This document shows, piece after piece, positions 59,545-64,000 of a stretch of DNA of 64,000 nucleotides. How positions within the stretch are numbered: the stretch's first letter is position 1; every line of letters begins with the position of its first letter. Below the pieces are notes generated by a model that was not told the DNA's origin, did no database searches, and was given only the letters and a program-made list of their open reading frames with translations. Source of the stretch: the human T2T-CHM13v2.0 reference genome, Homo sapiens. The translations under genes were made by a program, and so were the position numbers. The stretch lies in NCBI RefSeq assembly GCF_009914755.1, contig NC_060933.1. One strand, written 5' to 3'.

Positions 59545-60138
59545 TTTATTATTATTATTATTATTATACTTTAAGTTTAGGGTACATGTGCACAATGTGC
59601 AGGTTTGATACATAGGTATACATGTGCCATGTTGGTTTGCTGCACCCATCAACTCGTCATTTACATTAGGTATACCTCCGAATGCTATCCCTCCCCACAG
59701 GTGCCAGTGTGTGATGTTCCTCGCCCTGTGTCCAAATGTTCTCATTGTTCAATTCCCATCTATGAGTGAGAACGTGCAGTGTTTGGTTTTCTGTCCTTGT
59801 GATAGTTTGCTGAGAATGATGGTTTCCAACTTCATTCATGTCCCTGCAAAGGACATGAACTCATCCTTTTTATGGCTGCATAGTATTCCATGGTGTATAT
59901 GTGCCACATTTTCTTAATCCAGTCTATCACTGATAGACATTTGGGTTGATTCTAAGTCTTTGCTATCGTGAATAATGCCACAATAAACATACATGTTTGT
60001 GTGTCTTTATAGTAGCATGATTTATAATCCTCTGGGTATATACCCAATAATGGGATTGCTGGGTCAAATGGTATATCTAGTTCTAGATCCTTGAGGAATT
60101 GCCACATTGTCCTCCACAATGGTTGAACTAATTTACAC
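59545..60138 (-). mobile_element. 5'-truncated L1PA inserted into an Alu monomer (~59485-60205)
   Basis: Antisense L1PA 3' end with (TTA)n tail; TSD aggcaggaggatc at 59532-59544 and 60139-60151. Confidence 0.9.
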
Positions 60139-61504
60139 AGGCAGGAGGATCATTTGAGGCCAGGAGTTTGAGGTCAGCCTGTGCAACACAGAGATACCCC
60201 ATCTATGAAAAACTTGTTAAATTTGTATTATTTTTAGAGAGGGTCTCACTCTGTTAACCAGACTGGAGTACAGTGGTGCAATCACAGTTCACTGCAGCCT
60301 CAAACTCCTGGCTCAAATTATCCTCCACCCTCAGCCTCCCAAGTAGCTAGGACTACAGGTGTGTACCACCAGGCCCAACTAATTTTTAATTCTTATTTGT
60401 AGAGATGGGATCTCACTATGTTGCCCAGGCTGGTCTTGAACTCCTGGGCTCAAGTGATCCTCTCACCTCAGCCTCCTAAACTGTTGGGATTACAGGTGTT
60501 AGCTAGCGCGCCCAGCCAAAATTTTTCAAATAAAAGAATGAGGCAATAAGATGTTGATGAGAGCCTCTGTAGGAACAATCAGGGATTACTGACTATTGGG
60601 CTGACTGTAAAAGACAGTCAACAAGCCACACTCTTCACCGTGGGATCCCCAAACCTCAATATTTGGAGACCTCTTCTCTTGGAGCAGCTGGTTTTCCCCT
60701 AAGAAGCTTCCAGTCTCTTGACAGGATCCCAGCATTCTAGGATCTGAATTTGTGAATGAAGCTGGGGGAAAGGGGTCTGCCTTATAATTTAATATGCACA
60801 ACTTCACTTAATTCTGCTTTTCTGTGTAGTGAGTCATCCCTGTCTTCAGCTCTGCCTGGTGCCTAGGAGAGCTCTGAGTCAACCTCTCCAGAAAGTAAAC
60901 CATCTATCTTCCGGTGAATTTGGGCAGCATGGAATGGAGTAGGGAATCTAGGGGAGGCAGGATCATTCTCTTTAGAAAACATTCACAGTGAATTCTCCTT
61001 TTCAGCCTTGTTCTCCTTCTGCTTTCGGAGAGAAAGCAGCTCTAGTTTTAGAGCCTTTCCAGGGTGCTGTGACATGGATAGGCTCACTTCTGGCTGGTTC
61101 TGCCTTCTCCCAAAAGCTGAAGTAGTCACTTTGGCGGCTTTGGTAAGTCAGTGATCACTCATCCATCTGCTTTCCATGCTTCTAAGTTTTGTTGGCATTT
61201 TATTCAGCTGGGATCTCTTTCCCTGTTTGCTTTTTCTTTATAGATTTATATCTCTTTTATTCCTTTACTGTCATTTTAATGAGATCTCTGGAGTAAGTGG
61301 AGACAAATGTGTGTTCAATGCACTATGCTTAACCAGATGTCCCCTTGCCACTGGGTCTTAACGTGTACAGATGTAATGAACATTTTCTAAGTAGGAAAAG
61401 TCCATGTATAGTTAAAGAAATTCCATAATAATTAGAAATAAGTATGATAATAGAATAACCATACCTAACTTAATGCTTATATGTACTTGCAGTCTTTAGA
61501 ATGG

Positions 61505-61505
<1 letters not shown>

Positions 61506-61536
<31 letters not shown>
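61506..61536. repeat. (TG)15 microsatellite
   Basis: Read directly. Confidence 0.95.
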
Positions 61537-61538
<2 letters not shown>

Positions 61539-61741
61539 CGTGTCTTATCCTCACAATAACCTCATAATTCTACCCCTAGCAGTCTGAGCCCAAAGCCCCT
61601 ATCTTACATAACATGGTACATCATTTCCCAAGCTACAGGTAATCTTATTTTCAATTTATCAGGTCTTTAGCCAGTCCCTACTTACTGTTAACTTAAGCTA
61701 TAACTGAAGTTTTAATTTTTTAATTTTTAATTTTAATTTTT

Positions 61742-62903
<1,162 letters not shown>

Positions 62904-63849
62904 ACCAGACTTCGTCTCAAAAAAAAAAACAAAAAACAAAAACAAAAACAAAAAAGCAACTAAGAAGAAGAAGAAAGGGAATAAAAACCTCCAGGAAAAA
63001 TAGTCACAGCCCTAAAAAACGACGAAATCATGTCCTTTGCAGCAACATGGATGCAGCTGGAGGCCAATTATCGTAAACGAATTAGTGCAGGAACCAGAAT
63101 ACCAAATACCATGTGTTCTCACTTACCTTACCCCTAAAAGTTAGATGCCCTTCCTCCATACTCCCACAGTACCCTCTATATTTTTACGAGTCATTATATT
63201 CCTCTTTACTTTGTGAGCCCCTTAAAAGCAGAGACCGGGTCTGTTTTACTCACTGGTATGTCACTACAGTGCCAGGCTCATTGTTTGCATTCAGGTGGTT
63301 GTTGAATGAACAAACTCAAATGTAACTGCCTATTTACTTGTCTGTCTTTCCTCAACAGGCTGTATGTTCCTTGGTGGATGGATCTGTGGTTTATTAAGCT
63401 TTGTTTCTTTTAGCATTTAGCACTCAGCATGAAGACCTAGCACACAGAAGTTTATTGAATAAATTAAATTTGTCAGGATTAATAATTAATCTTTAAAATA
63501 CAGTATATAGCATTGAAGAATATATAGAAAGTATTCTCAAGATACAGAGAGACATGGGTTGCTCAGGATTATTCCTTTGTGTTTCACTTATAGGAAAGAT
63601 CTCATACTACAGACTACAAATGCCAAATGACCTACTGTGCTCATACCACCCTTAACCTAGAAATAAAATAGAAACAATTCCTAAAGAAACAGTCTTAAAA
63701 ATAACCAGCTAAAATTTTATCAACAACAACAAAAAAGTAGTTGGGGTTTCTGCTCATTAAATTAGTTTGTATGGGTAAGCACCACCTAAGTTTCTTGATT
63801 CATGGCATGTGTTCTTAAACCAATTTACTATCCACTAAAAATAAATGGT

Positions 63850-64000
63850 GATCATTATATAAAAAGCAGTTGTATTTCTTGACACTAGCAATGAACCATC
63901 TGAAAATGAAATTAAGAACACAATTCCACTTACAGTAGCATCAAAAAGAATAAAATATTTAGAAATAAATTAAACCAAAGAAGTGTAAGACATGTACACT
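63850..64000 (+). mobile_element. L1M ORF2 fragment running off the window edge
   Basis: cactagcaatgaaccatctgaaaatgaaattaagaa...agcatcaaaaagaataaaatatttag. Confidence 0.75.

Overview
Human (primate) genomic DNA holding the 5' two-thirds of GKAP1 (G kinase anchoring protein 1 / GKAP42) on the minus strand. It includes the CpG-island promoter (~52.7-53.9 kb), two non-coding exons and six coding exons (codons 1-246); the rest of the gene lies left of the window. The introns are dense with repeats: about 45 Alus, a full-length antisense SVA with TSD, a THE1 provirus, and L1/L2/MER/MLT fragments. The most striking structure starts ~3 kb upstream of the promoter: a 1,147-bp inverted duplication (56634-57780 vs 61757-62903; I found one mismatch) flanking a 3,976-bp spacer. 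Split target-site duplications imply the spacer is inverted relative to the ancestral order, and the outer junction carries a 12-nt match to sequence inside the arm, consistent with serial template switching. Other observations: a GC-donor in-frame exon, a candidate 67-nt poison exon with a hairpin partner, a candidate 12-nt microexon, uORFs in the 5'UTR, and a short TSD-flanked retrocopy inside a four-element nested repeat. Repeat subfamily names come from recalled consensus sequences and were not searched against a database.
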